Positions 43,065-47,375 of a DNA stretch of 47,375 bases are shown piece by piece. The first letter of the stretch is position 1; each line of letters starts with the position of its first letter. Source of the stretch: Nemertoderma westbladi (Eukaryota > Animalia > Xenacoelomorpha); NCBI GenBank assembly GCA_032718475.1, contig JAUCBJ010001122.1, positions 1 through 47,375 of the forward strand, written 5' to 3'. A program made the position numbers and the translations under genes. The notes beneath the pieces were generated by a model, which was not told the origin of the DNA, ran no database searches, and was given only the letters and a program-made list of their open reading frames with translations.

Positions 43065-44510
43065 TTACACCCGGGAATCCAAACTACAACATTTTATAGC
43101 TGCGAACGACCAGCTTCCGCACGGATACGGTTTACATGCATTCTGGTGCCACGACGTACAAAATCCCGTCACAACTTTGCTCCTACCGCAATATTTATTG
43201 GTCCCTTCGGCCATGCAAACCCATTGACACCCGTACGGTTTGGGGTATCTTGTAAGCAGAGCTCGGTTTAATTTGTTCGCAATGTCAATAATTGCCAAAT
43301 CGTATATCGCAATTTTTGAAAGAAACTCGTTCATGGCTTTTTTATGGTAATCAAGCGAATCGAAAAATTTGGTATCGTTAACCATAAGTTCCTTAATATC
43401 ATTGAATTGTTCGTCCAACATCGGCTGCATCATCGAAACATCTTTATTAACATTTTCCCTCAACAACCGTAGATGATTATCATTTAAACTTCTGATCATT
43501 TCCTTAAAACCGTTTGCTTGATCAGTGAGACCCTTCTTATCATCGATATGTTTGTTTTCCAAACTCTCAAGATTAATATATATCTCTTCTATGATACCAT
43601 TAATTACTGATAGTTGATCCTGTTTCAGACCCAGGGCTGTGGCAGTCTCGCGTGTCACACCCGTTTGTTCAGATTTTATAACCGGTACATTCACCACAAA
43701 CAGATAAAAAACCGAGGCGATAATTAAAAGTTGCATTAATATCATAAAAAACAATAATCTCCTCTTTGAGCACAGACACCAAAAGTCGTCGTCTCGCTTC
43801 TTCTGTGGTGGATCGTTCCTGTAATTCATGTTGATACTCGCGTATTGTGGTTCTTCATCGACATCACTTTCACTAAAATATAATAAATAATTTGTTTGTT
43901 TTAATTTATTTGTTTTTATGTGTTTATTGATATGTATTAATTTATCGTTTTTGAATAGACACCTCTTGGAAACCAATTTAAACAGAAGTTATAGAAGTTG
44001 GTGGACAACGAAAACCTCTAGTAAACAGATAACCCCTAATACACACACCACCTTAAACATAAAACCCACAATAGGCCTACAGACACACAATTTTATATCG
44101 TCAAAACTACCCATATAAAAAAAATCGTTTAACTGGCTTCCTCTCTAATAAGACTTCTCTTTAACATTCATGATAATGCAGTCTTACCGGTTGAGTTGTC
44201 TGATATGCATTCCACTGAATTCTCCATGAATCTCGTTCTGTAGGTATGCGAAGTTATCCGTAGCTCCCTTCCTATTGGTGGGATTCGCTGACGTAGGATA
44301 TATAGAACGGCTGGTGTCTGCGGACACCGGCGGTGCGGGGAGCGGTTGTGTTTGACGGAAGGATATCGCACCGGGTTTACTGGGCTCTGCATATCTTGGT
44401 TCATCAACTACATCTGTACGGACACCAACACCGCAATCATCTTCTTGCAGTTCTATTTCCTTTTCTTTAACCATATCATCATCGGGGAGATCGCCAGATG
44501 ACGCCATCAT
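43065..44510 (-). CDS. Two-exon type II membrane protein (376 aa): Tyr-motif tail, TM, coiled coil, resistin-like Cys-rich head
   Basis: Exon 44510-44188 ends CG|GTAAGA; intron ends TTATTATATTTTAG; exon 43872-43065 continues in matching phase 2 (323+808=1131 nt). TM LLFFMILMQLLIIASVFYLFVV; AATAAA at 42802-42797. Confidence 0.8.
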
Positions 44511-47375
44511 ATTCCGAAATTATTCCTGGGTATTATTGACAATTATAATTGATGTTTCTATACAATAAAAGGTTGATAGTTATTATGTTGAATAAGTTTA
44601 GTTTAATAATACCCTGTGATTCTATTCAAATATATTGAATATAAAAACGTGCCAAACCATTCCTTTAATAATTCTCCCCACCATTGTTGTTTACAACATC
44701 CCACTACAGTAACAAATTACCTGTTGTGTGTACAGCTAATATCTCAGGAATGTTGTTCCTATTACTTTTATTGGCACTAACAATATATCCGAGCCCATAT
44801 AGTCTACAGGTACTGTAGTTGGGCTCACTTCCTTCATAACCATGGTAACTCTGTGGGCTCATATAAGAATACCACCTGGGTATTATTGACAATACAGGTG
44901 GTGGTATTTGAAACAAAACACATGTGCTGTGCAGCATACCGTTTCCATTTAACTTGTAAATTATACAATCCAACGCGGAGTTTTGTTCCACATTGTGGAT
45001 CCGCGTACAATGCATTGAATAATAAATAAGGAATTAAATTTTTTTAAATAAATATCGGGATTATGTATTTTACAGCGATGGAAATTACAGGATTTTCGAA
45101 ATTTTTTAATTTGCTGTGCCATGGTGTCGGTATGGTAATCATCACGGCCAGAGTGGGGGCAGTTATGAACTATATTCGTTTCCAACTGTTTCATGTCTTA
45201 ATATATACTGTTTCACGTCATATATTATAATAATCCAAAGCAATATCATGCATGAATGCCCTTCAGCAATCATATTAAATTAAATTAAAGGAAGATACAT
45301 ACCAACCCCCTGTTAGTCAGTATGTCGTTAACATCAATTATCATCTTCAGCAATCATGACTTTTAATTTGCATGCATGACAATGTCATTGAATGCTCAGG
45401 GAGCCATGAACTAGGTAGTGTGGTATAGCCTTACCTAATCCTCTATGCAAATCTACCTGTTTTTTATTGACCAGTATTCTTCAGCATACTTGATTTCTTT
45501 GTATTCAAATACTTAATATCACTTTATTGGTTCTCTCCAATCTAGACCAATGACACCACATTCAAAGCCCCAGGACGGCGGCAGTGGCATCGATTATATA
45601 TAATCTTTCCAAGATAGTCCCCCCTTGACTAGCCGGTGGAAGAATAAAGAAGAAATAACATTGCCAGAAACGATGGGATAACAAACTGAAAGTAATTTGT
45701 AGCCAAAGACACTTAACTCAGTTTGTTCAAACAAACCTGTAATAACAAACGATAACACGCTGATGGTGGGACGATAATGACTGCAGACAATCCCTGTGAC
45801 TCGATACACAATATTGTGAGGACCGTGGCTGACGCTGAGAGAGTGCCCGCGATCCGTCGCGTGGCTTATTCGACACCTCCTGATAAGGGTTGAAGTAGAT
45901 CAGTATAGTATATTATATTGATAGGAATTTAGAACATTAAGTAAACAATTAATTTAGTTTAATTTAGTAAGGAATGTCCAGAAATTGCAGAAATACTATT
46001 TACAGTAAAAAATGCCGCCAAAATATAAAAACTTTTGCTGTTGTAAAGGTTGCTTCCGCTGGCAGAGGGTGGAAAAGCAAGAAAGTAGTAAAAGTGCCGA
46101 AGCCTCGCCTTAAATACCCAGACATTATGCAAATCAGTATCACAACGTATAGCTGCTGATTGGCCGGAGATCGTCACTGATTGGTCGGAGCTACCGGTTG
46201 GCCAAACAGCTGCGTTTTATTCCTATTGTACATATGGGCTGGTGAGACCTACTGTAGGGTCAATGACAGCAAATGTAACCGCGTGTGGCAAACCAAACGT
46301 GACCCAACTGGTCAAACCAACACGAGATTGTTCACAATGTGACGTACAACTTGAGGTAAATTCTACGTGACTAGCCCAGAGGCTTAACTATGGGAGGGGG
46401 GGGGGGGGGGGGGACTTGCTCCCGGCGCCAAAATGTTTTTTTTGAGTGGATATGATTTGCATTTTTCGATATTATACAAAACAAGTAATTATTACAATAT
46501 TAATTGTAGATATTAATAATTAAAATAATTTAACCCTGTAAAAGCTTTTGTGGGATAACTGATTCGTTTGCCTTGTTGGCCAGTTCCCACCCAGTCGCTA
46601 AGAATACTCTAAAAGTGATCTATAACTAAAAATAGTGCAAGTTACCAACTTATTGGCTGATTTGCTGTACGCAGGCATCTGGGCTCTGTTTAATCGGCCA
46701 ACAAGCCTAGGGAGGTTGCGTCATAGCCTTGTTTTGTATCTCCCAATAGAATTTGAGTTAGCCTTGATTTCGACCTATCACAGAGTACTGAACTGAAAAT
46801 TTCCTATCTCACTGCTCTTTCTCTGTGTTGAACGGGAGCTTCGTGGAATAAGGGAGTTGGTATCCTCGTATAGAGCAGTAGTCACGAGTTTTTCAAAGCC
46901 ACGAAAGAACGGCTTTTTAGTGTTTTGTGATTTCTGCTTTTTAGCTCAACACTAGTAGGTTTAATTACAAGGACATATATCCTTTAACTGACGAAACAAA
47001 CACTCTGCAATTTCGTAATCACCGCATACTGCAGTACTGCATACACTGCATACTGTGTAACACTGTGCATACTTTTATATTGTTATACTGCTATTTACTG
47101 TCAGTTCTTCATAATATGGTTGATGAATTATTATATTTGGAATAACGAGAAATAACCCCGAAACCCAATATTCTTGATATACCGAAGGTAAGAGAGAAAG
47201 GTTACAGATAAACGATTGTGACTTATGTTAAAGTGGTTTGAAGTGAATCTAATGTTATTTGATAGACCCTACATGAGTCAGTCTGTGTTCCTTTTATATG
47301 TGACTAAAATCAGTGAAGATCGGCAGATTAGTGTGCAGTATTGTGCAGCATTGTGTATGAGTGAGTCTGTTAAAG

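Noticed and set aside
43873-43976. N-terminal part of ORF 43065..43976
   Set aside because: AT-rich sequence ending in a good splice acceptor; interpreted as intron.
45540-45890. Possible membrane-protein exon or pseudogene (ORF 45594..45809)
   Set aside because: Somewhat coding-like, but no recognisable motif or consistent splice sites.
46376-46440. Possible DNA transposon end with a poly-G run
   Set aside because: No matching second terminus or TSD found in the window.

Overview
AT-rich, repeat-dense eukaryotic DNA, most likely from an invertebrate animal judging by the element families; the taxon cannot be fixed from sequence alone. Over half the window is transposable elements. In order: (1) the 5' part of a BEL/Pao LTR retrotransposon (minus strand, gag runs off the left edge) with a 100-bp tandem array upstream of gag; (2) a 5'-truncated Penelope-like element (RT + GIY-YIG) bounded by 472-bp inverted pseudo-LTRs that each carry a minimal hammerhead ribozyme motif, with a 3-kb satellite of 154-bp units in its 3' UTR; (3) a decayed ALDH3-family pseudogene fragment; (4) a 2.4-kb near-palindromic hAT-type element with a nested SINE; (5) a young Gypsy/Ty3 element whose LTRs end in CG...CG rather than TG...CA, with an apparent 3-bp TSD; (6) an old Mag-like Gypsy element interrupted by an intact two-ORF LINE; (7) a 5'-truncated RTE-type LINE plus a tiny sibling copy. 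Two probable host genes lie at the right: a single-exon, Cys-rich, probably GPI-anchored orphan (+) and a two-exon type II membrane protein with tyrosine motifs, a coiled-coil neck and a resistin-like Cys-rich head (-). All alignments and translations outside the supplied ORF track were done by eye; no database searches were run.
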